42,980 nt of DNA, taken from the NCBI GenBank assembly GCA_020833025.1, contig JAJHRB010000003.1, positions 1 through 42,980 on the forward strand, in the 5' to 3' direction. Origin of the DNA: Thermoproteaceae archaeon (lineage in GTDB: Archaea; Thermoproteota; Thermoprotei; Thermoproteales; Thermoproteaceae). Both the position numbers and the translations under genes were made by a program. Position 1 is the first letter of the stretch; every line of letters begins with the position of its first letter. Under the pieces are notes generated by a model. That model saw only the letters and a list, made by a program, of their open reading frames with translations, searched no databases and had not been told where the DNA came from. Of the stretch, positions 27,192-37,457 are shown in pieces.

Positions 27192-29129
27192 ATGTTAATA
27201 CAGCGGCGCGTCCGCCCGGTATACCCGTTCCCGGCAATTGTGGGCATGGAGGACGCGAAGCTCGCGCTGATGGTCGCCGCGGTTAACCCCTCTGTGGGCG
27301 GCGTGCTGCTCCGCGGCGACAAGGGAACCGGGAAGACGACGCTTGTCAGGTCATTCGCCGACGTGCTGCCGGAGGAGGAGGTCGTGGCGGGATGCCCGTT
27401 CAACTGCCACCCGGACGACCCGCGGCTCATGTGCGACGCGTGCTACGAGAGGTGGTCGCGGGGCGAGCCGCTCTCGCGGGCAAAGAGAAAAATGAGAGTG
27501 GTCGACCTCCCGCTCTCAATCACTGTCGACAGGCTGGTGGGCACCCTGGACATAAAGCGGGCTCTTAAGGAGGGAATCCGGGCGCTGCAGCCCGGGCTGC
27601 TTGCAGAGGCCAACCGCAACATACTGTACATCGACGAGGTGAACCTCCTCGACGACTACGTAATTGACGTGCTGCTCGACGCCGCCGCCTACGGCTGGAA
27701 CATAATAGAGAGGGAGGGCGTATCGATCAAGCACCCCGCCCGCTTCATTCTCGTCGGCTCGATGAACCCGGAGGAGGGAGAGCTCAGGCCGCAGCTCCTC
27801 GACAGATTCGGCCTCGTGGTCGACATCGAGGCGCCGAAGGACCCCGAGATAAGGGCGGAGATCGTCAGGCGGGTTGAGGAGTACGAGGCGGATCCCTTCG
27901 CGTTCTACGAGAAGTGGAGGCCGAAGGTAGAGGAGATCAGAGAGAGAATAGTGAGGGCCAGGGAGCTCGTCGGCAAGGTCGTAATCCCCGACGACATGCT
28001 GAGATTCCTCGCCGAGACCGTCGTCAAGATGAACGTGAGGACTAGCAGGGCCGAGATCATTACGGCCAGGGCGGCGAGAGCTATAGCGTCCCTCGACGGC
28101 AGGACCCGCGTGACGGCTGAGGACCTCAAGAAGGCAATGGAGCTGGCGCTGAAGCATAGGATAAAGAGCAGGCCGCTAGAGAGGCCGCCCCCTCCGCCCC
28201 CTCCTCCCCTTAACGTGCTGTCGATGATATGGAGGGGGCACAGGAGGGGGGAGGGCCTGAGCGGTAGGGAGCGCGGGGAGGGCGAGCAGAGGGAGGCGCC
28301 GGAGAGGAGGAGGGGGCAGGGGAGGGGCGACCCCCCGCTGGCCAGCCCGCACAAGCACGACTCGGGCGTGGGCCAGATTCTCGACGTCGAGCGCGCGCTC
28401 GGGCTCGAGAGGAGCAAGACGCCTGAGATGCCGCGGGGGCTGAGGTCGAGGCACTCGTGGAGGAGGGTTGTTGGGGGGCACGTCGGGATTCCGTACATGG
28501 CCGTTCCCGGCACCGGCGACGACGTGGACATAGCCGCGACGATCACGCACGCAGCGCTGAAGAGGCCCGGAGGGCCGCTGGAGATAGCCGACGACGACCT
28601 GATGGTGCGGGTCAGGAGGGCGAGGGCGCCGCGCGTGATGTTAATACTGCTGGACACGAGCGGCAGCATGGGATTCGCCAGGAGGATAGGCGTGGCCAAG
28701 GGCCTCGTGTACAGGCTGGCCGAGGAGGCGTACGTGAAGCGGAGCTACATCGCGCTCGCGGCGTTCCGGGGGGACGGCATTGACTACTTCCACCCGCCGA
28801 CGCGCCACTACGAGAGGATAGTGGAGGAGCTCTCGAGGCTCCCGCACGGCGGCTCGACCCCCCTCTCCGCCGCGCTAAAGTTCGCAATAGACTTCATATC
28901 GAGGCTCAAGCTCAAGCTGAGGGGCGACTACTGGGTCTACCTAATCACCGACGGCAAGGCCAACGTCCCGCTGCGCGATAACATAAGGGAGGAGGTGGCA
29001 GAGCTCGCGGCGGGGCTCTCGAAGCTTGCCAAGCTCGTCGTGTACGACGCAAGTCCCGGCTCGCTCTACCCGGGAGTGTCGTACATAGGCGTGCTCGCGC
29101 AGTACGCCCATTCTGTCGAGAGAGTCTAG
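27192..29129 (+). CDS. Class I chelatase AAA+ subunit (ChlI/ChlD-like) fused to a vWA domain
   Basis: YPFPAIVG, Walker [44 protein letters not shown], poly-Pro linker, MIDAS DTSGS, GGSTPL. Confidence 0.92.
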   Translation: MLIQRRVRPVYPFPAIVGMEDAKLALMVAAVNPSVGGVLLRGDKGTGKTTLVRSFADVLPEEEVVAGCPFNCHPDDPRLMCDACYERWSRGEPLSRAKRKMRVVDLPLSITVDRLVGTLDIKRALKEGIRALQPGLLAEANRNILYIDEVNLLDDYVIDVLLDAAAYGWNIIEREGVSIKHPARFILVGSMNPEEGELRPQLLDRFGLVVDIEAPKDPEIRAEIVRRVEEYEADPFAFYEKWRPKVEEIRERIVRARELVGKVVIPDDMLRFLAETVVKMNVRTSRAEIITARAARAIASLDGRTRVTAEDLKKAMELALKHRIKSRPLERPPPPPPPPLNVLSMIWRGHRRGEGLSGRERGEGEQREAPERRRGQGRGDPPLASPHKHDSGVGQILDVERALGLERSKTPEMPRGLRSRHSWRRVVGGHVGIPYMAVPGTGDDVDIAATITHAALKRPGGPLEIADDDLMVRVRRARAPRVMLILLDTSGSMGFARRIGVAKGLVYRLAEEAYVKRSYIALAAFRGDGIDYFHPPTRHYERIVEELSRLPHGGSTPLSAALKFAIDFISRLKLKLRGDYWVYLITDGKANVPLRDNIREEVAELAAGLSKLAKLVVYDASPGSLYPGVSYIGVLAQYAHSVERV

Positions 29130-29139
29130 CCGGCGGCCG

Positions 29140-29560
29140 TCACCTGGCGCGCCTCTCAGACGGCCTCAGCCTGCCCGGCGGCTCTCCCCTGAATCTCCAC
29201 AGCCCCCTCCCGAACGACTCCACGGCTATCTCCAGCTCCTCGGCCAGCATGTCGCTTATTAGGGGCTCGTCGGCCAGCGACGACACGAGAAGGTCTGTCA
29301 AGACCTCCTTAGACTCTGCGTCGCCGGCAATCACCTTGACGAGTGCCGCGCGCGGGTAGAACCAGACCCTGAGGGGGCCTCCTGCCGTCTCTACAACTAG
29401 TTCTCTCGACTCGTCGGAGGGCGGCCACAGGCCGAGCGCCCTGGCAGTGCTAATCGGGAAGCAGCTGCGGGGTCGGCGCCTCGAGGCCGCTGTTGAGCAG
29501 CGCCACTTCCTCCACCGACCTCCCCCCGGCCCTTATCCTCACTCTCAGCCTGATGGCCAC
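29140..29560 (-). pseudogene. Frameshifted retropepsin-like (LNSG) small protein
   Basis: VAIRLRVRIRAGGRSVEEVALLNSGLEAPTPQLL continues after a +1 shift near 29456 as PISTARALGLWPP...TAGGPLRVWFYP...EPLISD; 421 nt = 3n+1. Confidence 0.65.
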
Positions 29561-29702
29561 TGAGAGCCGCCTTAATCCTGCCGATATAAGCGAAGGCCTT
29601 CGGCGCGATCCTGCCCATTCTCACTCTCCCCGCCACGCGCTGCCCGGCGCCGGGCTTAATAGCTGTGAGGCCGCCTTAGTACATGTATGCGTTACCGCGC
29701 GT

Positions 29703-29728
29703 CAATGCTTTAATACATTCACGTATTT
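29703..29728 (+). promoter_or_regulatory. Conserved promoter motif, copy 2 (ECF operon)
   Basis: CAATGCTTTAATACA begins 32 nt before ATG 29735; AATAC-N6-GTATT inverted repeat. Confidence 0.65.
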
Positions 29729-29734
29729 AGCAGT

Positions 29735-31213
29735 ATGTCATCAAGAGTCCTCGCCGCGCTGCTGACGCTGCTGCTCGCGCCGCTGGCGTGCGCGAGCGCA
29801 GTCGCGGTGCAGCTGAGAGTCCCCCACGGCGCTGCCGGAGATGTCGTGCACGTGCAGCCCAACGCGACGCTGGGCGGCATTGTCGCCGTGGAGTCGCGGC
29901 AGGACGGGGCCCTGCACTGCCGCGCGAGGCTCGTCTGTCATAACTGCACCGTGTCGCCGGAGGAGTTCACTGCCGTGCTGAGGCTGAGGCACGACGCGAG
30001 GGCAGTTCCCGTCGAGGTCAGGCTCGGCGGCAGTACCGCCGAGCTGCGCGCGGTGGTCGAGTGCAACGGCAGTGCCGCCGTCGCGAGGAAGCTCTTCATT
30101 CCGAGAGCCGAGTGGAGAGTCGGCGTCGAGGTCGTGGCTCCCTCAGACATATTCTGCTCCTTTGACCAGAGGTACGAGCCGTATACATTTATCGTGAGGC
30201 CCAGCTACGTGCCCGAGCTAATCCGGCTCATCACTCAGGAGTCGCGGGCGGGCGGGCATCCTGACCTGATAGGGCTCGTGTGCATAAGGGTCAACAGCAC
30301 GGCAGGGCTCAAGTACACGGCAGTATTGATGTTCGCGAGGCCTGACGGCTCCCCGGCGCCCATCTCGACCCAGTCGCTGCTCCTACACCCCGAGCTGCCG
30401 CAGCAGCACGGGACTGCCGTCGTGCCGGACATCGAGGGCTATCAAGTCGTGCCGCTGTTTTACCCCGGACACGCCGAGCAGGCGGCCGGCAGGTACAGAG
30501 TGACCCTCCTCCTGATACCGCAAGGCGGCTCGAGGCCCGTCTACAACACAACGTTCTACATCACCGTGATATCGACGCGGGGAGAGGCAGTGGCGCTGGC
30601 AGCGTTCTCCGCCTTTGTTGCAATTCCCGCGATGGTCTACCTCCTGTTCCGCTTCGCCAGGAGGGCCACGCTCGGCGACCTGGCCTTCGCGGCGCTCATG
30701 GCCCCGTTGCTCTTCGTGACCGTATACATACCTGGCAGTGTGGCGCGCGGCATCGGAGCGTTTCTCGGCCCGTTCGACTGGCTCGTGTACGGCATTCTCT
30801 TCGACACCGTCGAGTTCGCCCTGCTCGCAATTGCCGTCACGCTCAGGCCGAAGCCCGGCGTGTTGACGGCAATATTCTTCTTCCGCTGGCTGCTAAGCGT
30901 GCTTTACTTCGGCAGGGCCAGCGTGATATCCGCGCTCTGGCTGGCCACGTCGGCGCTCTTTTACGAGGGCGCGCTGTACCTATCCGGCGCCACCCGGGGG
31001 AGGCCGACCTTCGCGCGGGTCGCCGTCCCTCTGGTGCTCGGAGGGGCCTTTGACAGATATGTCGACATGGTCATGTACATGGCCCTGTACAGGCTGTACT
31101 ACGCCGGCTGGTACCTCCTGAGCTACGTGATCGGGACATCTGTCTACTCGGCGCTCGGGGCCCTGCTCGGGAGGCAGTACGCGAGGGTCGTGAGGGGGGC
31201 GCTCCATGAGTGA
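29735..31213 (+). CDS. ECF transporter S component (MptD-like) fused to an N-terminal extracellular domain
   Basis: Signal peptide, about 270 aa soluble region, then multi-TM region with TLGDLAFAAL and RPKPGVLT; directly upstream of ECF A and T genes. Confidence 0.75.
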   Translation: MSSRVLAALLTLLLAPLACASAVAVQLRVPHGAAGDVVHVQPNATLGGIVAVESRQDGALHCRARLVCHNCTVSPEEFTAVLRLRHDARAVPVEVRLGGSTAELRAVVECNGSAAVARKLFIPRAEWRVGVEVVAPSDIFCSFDQRYEPYTFIVRPSYVPELIRLITQESRAGGHPDLIGLVCIRVNSTAGLKYTAVLMFARPDGSPAPISTQSLLLHPELPQQHGTAVVPDIEGYQVVPLFYPGHAEQAAGRYRVTLLLIPQGGSRPVYNTTFYITVISTRGEAVALAAFSAFVAIPAMVYLLFRFARRATLGDLAFAALMAPLLFVTVYIPGSVARGIGAFLGPFDWLVYGILFDTVEFALLAIAVTLRPKPGVLTAIFFFRWLLSVLYFGRASVISALWLATSALFYEGALYLSGATRGRPTFARVAVPLVLGGAFDRYVDMVMYMALYRLYYAGWYLLSYVIGTSVYSALGALLGRQYARVVRGALHE

Positions 31214-32747
31214 GGTGGCCCTCAGGAAGGTCAGGGTGGTCTACCCGGGAGGCGTTGTGGGGCTTGAGGTTGACCGGCTCGAGATCGGGGGCCCTGGCCT
31301 CTTCCTAATTGCCGGGAGGTCGGGCTCGGGGAAGTCCACGCTCGGCAAGGTGATCGCCGGGGTGATACCGAGGGTGGAAAAGGCAGAGGTGGCGGGAGAG
31401 GTCAGGGCGCCGCCCCGGGCGGCCTACCTGCACCAGTCGCCCTACGACCAGGTGTTCTCGACGTATGTTATCGACGAGTTCTTGCTTGCTAAGGAGCTCT
31501 CTGGCTCGCGCCTCGACGTGCTCGAGGCGGCAAAGCTCGTAGGCATTGAGGAGTTGCTGGGCGCGAGGACGTCGGAGCTCTCCGGCGGGCAGCTGCAGAA
31601 GGTCCTCCTCGGCGTCACGCACCTCCTTGACTTCCCGCTCTACGTCCTCGACGAGCCGCTCGCCCACCTGGACCCCAGGAGCGCGAGAGAGCTTCTCGGC
31701 GCCGTGGTCAAGCTGAAGAGGGACAAGACGGTGCTGCTCATAGAGCACAGGCTCAAGGAGGTCTTGCAGATCTCCAGACACATAGACATGATAATTTTGC
31801 TCGACGGCGGCAGGATTGTCGACATAATGAGGCCCGAGGACGTGTCTGCAAAAGCTTGGCTTCTCTCGCGGCTCGGGCTGAGGCTCCCGCTGAGCCTGAA
31901 GTGCTCGCTGAGGCTAGGAGTCCCCGCGGCTGACCCCCTCGACCCCGCGCCTGTAGAGCGGGCCTTGGAGCTCTACAGGCCGCGCGGCAGCGCTGGCGAG
32001 GCGGGCGAGGCCGTGGTGGAGGTGAGGGGGCTGCACTTCTCTTACGGGAGGAGGGTTGTGTTCGCGGAAGCCGACTACGCGGCCAAGTCAAGGGCGGTGT
32101 ACGTGCTGTTCGGCAGGAACGGCAGCGGGAAGTCGACATTCTTGCACATACTCGCCGGGGTGCTCAAGCCAAGGAGAGGTCTCGTGCGCGTCGCGGGGAG
32201 GGCGGCGTACGTGCCCCAGAACCCCGACCTCACGCTAATGCACGAGACCGTGGAGAAGGAGCTCCTCAGCAGGACGAGGGCGTGGGCCAGGTCGAGGGCC
32301 GAGGCCAGAGAGCTCGCCCTCAAGGTGGCCGACGCGCTGGGCGTGAGACAGCTGATGGGCAGGAACCCCCACGCGCTCTCCAGGGGCCAGAGGTTCAGGG
32401 TGGCGCTGGCCGCTGCGCTGTCCTCGCGGCCGAGAGTCCTCTTGCTCGACGAGGTGACCTCGGGGCAGGACGAGGAGAGCATCGAGGCTCTGGGCAGGGC
32501 GCTCCGAGAGTTCGTGAGAGAGGGAAACGTCGCAATTATCGCAACTCACGACGTCTACTTCGCGCTCGACTTAGCGGACCGCGCGTCCGTTATCGCGGGA
32601 GGCCGCATAACGGAGCCGAGGCCTGTCGGCGACGTGCTGACCGACGAGGGGCTCCTCGAGGCCGGCAACCTGGTCGCGCCGCCGCACTTAGAGATCTGTA
32701 AGAGGCGGGGCATGCCGCCGGTCAGGGAGAGGGAGCTATGCGGCTGA
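31206..32747 (+). CDS. ECF transporter dual ATPase (A-A' fusion)
   Basis: Two Walker A motifs (GRSGSGKS, GRNGSGKS), signatures LSGGQ and LSRGQ, Walker B VLDEP and LLDEV. Confidence 0.92.
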   Translation: MSEVALRKVRVVYPGGVVGLEVDRLEIGGPGLFLIAGRSGSGKSTLGKVIAGVIPRVEKAEVAGEVRAPPRAAYLHQSPYDQVFSTYVIDEFLLAKELSGSRLDVLEAAKLVGIEELLGARTSELSGGQLQKVLLGVTHLLDFPLYVLDEPLAHLDPRSARELLGAVVKLKRDKTVLLIEHRLKEVLQISRHIDMIILLDGGRIVDIMRPEDVSAKAWLLSRLGLRLPLSLKCSLRLGVPAADPLDPAPVERALELYRPRGSAGEAGEAVVEVRGLHFSYGRRVVFAEADYAAKSRAVYVLFGRNGSGKSTFLHILAGVLKPRRGLVRVAGRAAYVPQNPDLTLMHETVEKELLSRTRAWARSRAEARELALKVADALGVRQLMGRNPHALSRGQRFRVALAAALSSRPRVLLLDEVTSGQDEESIEALGRALREFVREGNVAIIATHDVYFALDLADRASVIAGGRITEPRPVGDVLTDEGLLEAGNLVAPPHLEICKRRGMPPVRERELCG

Positions 32748-33553
32748 GCTTCACGGCAAAGCTCGCGCTGCTGGCAGCATTCAACGTGCTCGCAATAGCG
32801 CTCGACTACCTTCCCAACTTAATCGCGCTGGCGGCAGCGGCGGCCGCGATATGGGCCGCGGCGAGGCCCTCAGGCGACAGGCTGAAGCTCACGGCGCTCG
32901 TGGTGGTCCCGTCGGTGTGGTCCGTGGTCGTCTTACAGGGGCTATTCTACACGGGATGGCCCAGGACGGTCATCCTCACGATAATTCCGCCTGAGGCGCC
33001 CGTCCTCGGCTGGCTGACGGGCGGCGTCTACCTAACCTACCAGGGAATGCTGTACGGCCTGAAGCAGAGCCTCAGGATAGTCTCGGTAGCGCTCGTCGGC
33101 CTTGCAGTGGTGTGGACGTCGACGGAGAGAGAAATGATGGCAGAGCTCAGGCGCCTGCTGAGGGGCGCGACCCTGTCGGTCGGCGCCACTGTCGCGGCCA
33201 GGTTCTTCGACGTGTTCGCGCAGGACGCAAGGGCTGCGATGATAGCGTACAGGACGGCCGGCTACAGAATACTCGGCGCGAGCACGCTCAGACTGATCGT
33301 GCCCCTGGCAGTGCAGGTTCTGAGGAGGAGCTACGTGGTCACGCTCGCGCTGATAACGCGCGGGTTCAGCCCCGGGGTCAGGATCTCGTCAGGCGCGAGG
33401 CTAGGGGCCCTCGACATCGCGGCTATCGCCGCCTCGCTGGCAGTCGCCGGGACTGTCGGGCTGCTGAAGCTCCTCGCGCTGCTGTACATCATCGACGTGC
33501 TGTACATACCACAGCTGCGCGAGCTTTACTGGTACACAATCAATTATGTTTGA
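32738..33553 (+). CDS. ECF transporter T component
   Basis: Multi-TM protein with the EcfT-type X-R-X coupling region (ARF...AYRTAG; LITRGF). Confidence 0.85.
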   Translation: MRLSFTAKLALLAAFNVLAIALDYLPNLIALAAAAAAIWAAARPSGDRLKLTALVVVPSVWSVVVLQGLFYTGWPRTVILTIIPPEAPVLGWLTGGVYLTYQGMLYGLKQSLRIVSVALVGLAVVWTSTEREMMAELRRLLRGATLSVGATVAARFFDVFAQDARAAMIAYRTAGYRILGASTLRLIVPLAVQVLRRSYVVTLALITRGFSPGVRISSGARLGALDIAAIAASLAVAGTVGLLKLLALLYIIDVLYIPQLRELYWYTINYV

Positions 33554-33583
33554 TTCCGACCACGTTTCCCATACAGAGTGGAA

Positions 33584-33605
33584 CAATGCTTTAATACAAC
33601 AACGT
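33584..33605 (+). promoter_or_regulatory. Conserved promoter motif, copy 3 (beta-propeller gene)
   Basis: CAATGCTTTAATACAACAACGT matches 29703-29724 at 19 of 22 positions; 32 nt before in-frame GTG 33616. Confidence 0.65.
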
Positions 33606-33615
33606 GCGCATAGGC

Positions 33616-35325
33616 GTGAGGAGGGCGGGCATAGTAGCAGGCGTGATAGCCGCCGTTATAATCGCGGCGATCGCGGCGCTGCTGGCGCTGCCGAAGGCCC
33701 CGGCGCCCAAGCCCAACGCCACCGTCTCGCTCCCAGCGGCGCCGGCCGCGCCGGGAATCTCGCTCGCGTGGCAGTCGCCGCCGCTGATTGAGAGAGGCTG
33801 GCTGGTGGAACATGGGATGTATGAGAGGGCGTGGACCTGGTGGACTTTCAGCAAGGGCATTGTCCAAGTCTCGCCCGACGGCAGGTATGTCGCCGTCGGC
33901 ACGCAGAGGGGGGAAGTGGTTGTGCTTGACAGAGACGGGAGGGAGGTCGCCAGGTTTACATACGGCGCCGGGCGCGTGCCGTACTACGTTCTCGAGTTCT
34001 CGCCCGACGGCAGGTACCTCGCGGTCGGCATTGCGTCCAGGGAGGGAGAGCTGATAGTCTACGACACGTCGACATGGCGCGAGGCCGCGCACTTTAACTT
34101 CTCCTCCTACCTTAAAGGCCCCTCGAACGCCACTGAGTCCGCAATACTGAAGCAGCCGTGGTACGGCATCCGGCCGACATTCTTGCTGTTCCGCGGCGAC
34201 ATTCTCTACGTCACGGTGGGCGAGCCTCACATAGACCCCGAGACCCAGTCGCCTGTCTACTTCAAGGTCGCGATGGACCTCTTCAAGCTGTACCCCGAGC
34301 TGAGGAGGAGGTTTCCGAACTTGACGTCATACGTCGCGGTGAGGTACGCCGGGACTCAGTGGTCTAGAGTACTCGCAATAGACACGAAGACATGGCGCGT
34401 GAGGTGGGTCTGGCCCAGGGAGGAGCCGGCCGAGACTATGATACCCAACCTCGCCTCGGACGCGGGGAGGAGGTACCTCGCCCTCTCGACGTGGTGGTAC
34501 GTGTCGCGCAGCGACCCATACAAGTGGCACAGCGGAATGCTGTTCGTGCTAAACGCGACTAGCGGCGAGCTGCTGTACGTATTTGACGTGCCTCCCTACG
34601 TGCCGTACTTCAACTATACCTCAATCTGGACGGCGCCGGCCTTCACTCCCGACGGGAAGTACCTCGCCTTTGCGACTGGCGATGGCAGGGTTTACGTGCT
34701 TGACAACCTGCGCTCTATTGCCGAGAGGGGGGCCGTCGTGCTCTGGGCCGCGTCTATCTCCGACGTCCTGCCGGCGCAGGTACTGCTCATACCGCAAAAG
34801 GGTGGAGAGACAAAGGTCATACAGTCGTACATATACACGTTTGGCGGCCTCGCGGGCATTGTGAACGATAGAGTGATCGCCTACACGTCCGCTACCTATA
34901 CCACCTACTGGGCGCCTGGAGTCGAGCGCAAGCCAGTAACGCAACATCCAAACCAAACGAAACTCTTCGTGTTTGACCTGAACGGGACGCTCCTCTACGT
35001 CGACAAGTTCCTCGGCAAGCCCGCATACGGCAAGGTCGTGCCGTTTGCGATATCCGGCTGCATGCTGGCCGTCGGCGTGGGGAATGATTGGGTGACAAGC
35101 GACGTCTCAATGATGGGGGTGTATGTCTGGGACGTCTGTAGACTGGCTCAAGTGGGTAGATTTCTGACTGTTAAATACGGGGTGCCTCTCGACGTGGCGA
35201 TGTCGGGCAATCGCGTGTATGTATTGACGGGGCTTATCAACGCAGCTCCCAGCGAGACGGCGCCGGCGAACATAATTGGCGAGTACCGGCTGCTCGCACT
35301 TGAGCTGGGCCGGCCGGCGGGGTAG
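33616..35325 (+). CDS. Membrane-anchored extracellular WD40/PQQ-like beta-propeller
   Basis: N-terminal TM, Pro/Ala linker, repeated blades (VSPDGRYVAVG, FSPDGRYLAVG, FTPDGKYLAFATGDGRVYV). Start moved from 33604 by promoter spacing. Confidence 0.85.
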   Translation: MRRAGIVAGVIAAVIIAAIAALLALPKAPAPKPNATVSLPAAPAAPGISLAWQSPPLIERGWLVEHGMYERAWTWWTFSKGIVQVSPDGRYVAVGTQRGEVVVLDRDGREVARFTYGAGRVPYYVLEFSPDGRYLAVGIASREGELIVYDTSTWREAAHFNFSSYLKGPSNATESAILKQPWYGIRPTFLLFRGDILYVTVGEPHIDPETQSPVYFKVAMDLFKLYPELRRRFPNLTSYVAVRYAGTQWSRVLAIDTKTWRVRWVWPREEPAETMIPNLASDAGRRYLALSTWWYVSRSDPYKWHSGMLFVLNATSGELLYVFDVPPYVPYFNYTSIWTAPAFTPDGKYLAFATGDGRVYVLDNLRSIAERGAVVLWAASISDVLPAQVLLIPQKGGETKVIQSYIYTFGGLAGIVNDRVIAYTSATYTTYWAPGVERKPVTQHPNQTKLFVFDLNGTLLYVDKFLGKPAYGKVVPFAISGCMLAVGVGNDWVTSDVSMMGVYVWDVCRLAQVGRFLTVKYGVPLDVAMSGNRVYVLTGLINAAPSETAPANIIGEYRLLALELGRPAG

Positions 35326-35398
35326 CTCCGTTTTTTCATGCAATACTTAAATTCCGCTTTTCGCGTAATACTTAAATCTTGTAGAATTATTACACCCC

Positions 35399-36409
35399 AT
35401 GGGCTCCGAGGCGTTGCTCAAGCCTCCCGAGCCTCCTCCGGACGAGATTTACAGGATTGTGCTGCACGCGCAGGCCTTTTACGTGCTCGACGCTGCGCTA
35501 GAGCTTGACCTCTTCGAGAGGCTAAAGACTCCCAAGACTGCGGGGGAGCTGGCCGGGGAGCTGGGCACGGACCCCGCCCTGACGGAGACGGTGTGCGACG
35601 CGCTAGCCGCGCTGGGCCTCCTCAAGAAACGCGGCGGCGCCTACGAAAACTCAGCGCTTGCAAGTGCCTACCTCACGGAGGGCTCGCCCTACTGCATGAA
35701 GAACCTCCTGCGCCTGATGAGGTCGTCCCTGAGGGACAGGTGGCCCCGCCTTCTCGACGCGCTGCGCGGGAAGCCCGTCGGGGCGGGCGGGCGCGACCCG
35801 CGGCTCTTCACGCTGGCCGTGGCCGAGAGCGCGCTGGCAGGCGGCCTGCACGGGGTGGTGGAGGTGCTGAGGGAAATTGAGGACCTCAAGAGGGCCAGGA
35901 GGCTCCTCGACCTCGGGGGCGGCCACGGGCTTTACTCCGTCGCCTTGGTCAAGCTGTTCCCCCAGCTGCACGCCTACGTCCTCGACCTCCCCGAGGTTTT
36001 AGAGGTGGCCAGGGAAATTGTGAGCAGATACGGCGGGGACGTGATCGACAGGGTGCACTTCGTGCCCGCCGACTTCACGAGAGACGACATAGGCAGCGGC
36101 TACGACGTCGTTCTCGCCTCGCACTCCCTTTACGGCTACCGGGAGCGGCTCGCGGAAATCTTGAGGAAAGTGCACGCGGCGCTGAACGGCGGGGGCCTCT
36201 TCATATCGAATCACGCGCACAAGTCGCAGGGGCTGAGGGCCTCCCTCTTCGAGCTCCAGATAGCCATGGCCCGCAGGGGATTCTCGCTCTTCAGCGTGGG
36301 GGAGCTAATGTCGCGGCTCAGAGAGGCCGGGTTTGTCGTCGAGGACGTGGCGGTCGTGGGCGGCGCGTGGCCCTCGACGATAGTTGTTGCCAGGAAGCCG
36401 TTACAATAG
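35399..36409 (+). CDS. Class I SAM-dependent methyltransferase (O-methyltransferase family 2, with dimerisation domain)
   Basis: AALELDLFERL, LLDLGGGHGLY, DLPEV, ADF, YDVVLASH. Confidence 0.9.
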   Translation: MGSEALLKPPEPPPDEIYRIVLHAQAFYVLDAALELDLFERLKTPKTAGELAGELGTDPALTETVCDALAALGLLKKRGGAYENSALASAYLTEGSPYCMKNLLRLMRSSLRDRWPRLLDALRGKPVGAGGRDPRLFTLAVAESALAGGLHGVVEVLREIEDLKRARRLLDLGGGHGLYSVALVKLFPQLHAYVLDLPEVLEVAREIVSRYGGDVIDRVHFVPADFTRDDIGSGYDVVLASHSLYGYRERLAEILRKVHAALNGGGLFISNHAHKSQGLRASLFELQIAMARRGFSLFSVGELMSRLREAGFVVEDVAVVGGAWPSTIVVARKPLQ

Positions 36410-36431
36410 GCAAACCCCGCCCCCGGGCAGG

Positions 36432-37343
36432 TCAGAGCAGTAGCGGGAGGGCCGCCAGTAGCGTGAACGCCACGTGTGCGCCTTGTTGTATCAATAATAT
36501 TTTCACTCCGTCGCGCACCCCGAAAATGCCCACAAAGTAAGGTAGGAGAACTCTTAGGCTCAGCGGCACGGCGGAGAGGACATTGCCGAGGACGAGGGCG
36601 GCGACGACCTCTCTGTCTCCCATCGCGCCTGCGGCGCAGAGACCCGCGGCGGTCGCATACGCCGATATCGGGTTTACCATGTGCGCGGCGATTACGGCGA
36701 GGGCCTCTGGCCTCAGCGGCACGATGCCTCCCAGTGCCCCGGCGAGAGCCGAGAACGCCCCCAGCCTCGCGAGGAGCTCGACCGCTGCCATCGTGGCCGC
36801 GATGTTCGCAATCACTCTCAGCGCTCTTCTCCACGACTTTCTCAGCGCCTCCGTTAGAGCCCGCGAGAGCGGCGGCGACTCCCCGCCGGCGGCCACCGCC
36901 ATGAGGGCGCGCGAGGGCGGGGGCAGCAGCAGCCTCCCCAGCAAGGCGAAGAACGCTGTCTTGGCGAGCCCCGCGCCCACGAGAATGAGAAAGTAGGTCA
37001 GGCCGGCGGCGCCGAGGAGCCCGAGGAGTGGCGGCAGCAGGTAGGGCCAGTGCATTAGAATAGCCGGGAAGGAGTTCAGCATGATGGCTATGTACATCTC
37101 CCCCGTGCCTATCTCCCCCCTGTCTCTCAAGTCCCTTAGCATCGTGTAGGCAGCCGTCGGCGAGATGAAGGCAAGCGCGAAGGAGAGGGCGGCATGCGGC
37201 TTTAGGTGCGCGAAGCTCACCAGCGGCCTCACGGCGAGCGCTAGCCTGTAGGATGCCCTCCTGTAAGCGGTCAGCAGCTCCGCGAGCACGAACCCGAAGA
37301 GGACTGCAGGCGCCGAGACAGCAAGCGCTTTCGCGAGCTCCAT
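36432..37343 (-). CDS. Gate (nucleoside recognition)-domain membrane protein
   Basis: Multi-TM with a two-fold internal repeat (FISPTAAYTML / MVNPISAYATA). Start moved to ATG 37343. Confidence 0.65.
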   Translation of the reverse strand: MELAKALAVSAPAVLFGFVLAELLTAYRRASYRLALAVRPLVSFAHLKPHAALSFALAFISPTAAYTMLRDLRDRGEIGTGEMYIAIMLNSFPAILMHWPYLLPPLLGLLGAAGLTYFLILVGAGLAKTAFFALLGRLLLPPPSRALMAVAAGGESPPLSRALTEALRKSWRRALRVIANIAATMAAVELLARLGAFSALAGALGGIVPLRPEALAVIAAHMVNPISAYATAAGLCAAGAMGDREVVAALVLGNVLSAVPLSLRVLLPYFVGIFGVRDGVKILLIQQGAHVAFTLLAALPLLL

Positions 37344-37457
37344 ACCCGGCATTTCTGGTGCTGCTGTGTTGCGCGTGAGCTGCACCGTATGAAGTCTGCG
37401 CGCGAATTAAAGTGTATGAGGGAGGAAATGTTAAATAATCGGGAACTTTCACACGCA

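Noticed and set aside
28188-28210. Poly-Pro-encoding CCC/CCT run in the chelatase ATPase
   Set aside because: In frame and typical of the ChlD-type Pro-rich linker; no evidence of slippage.
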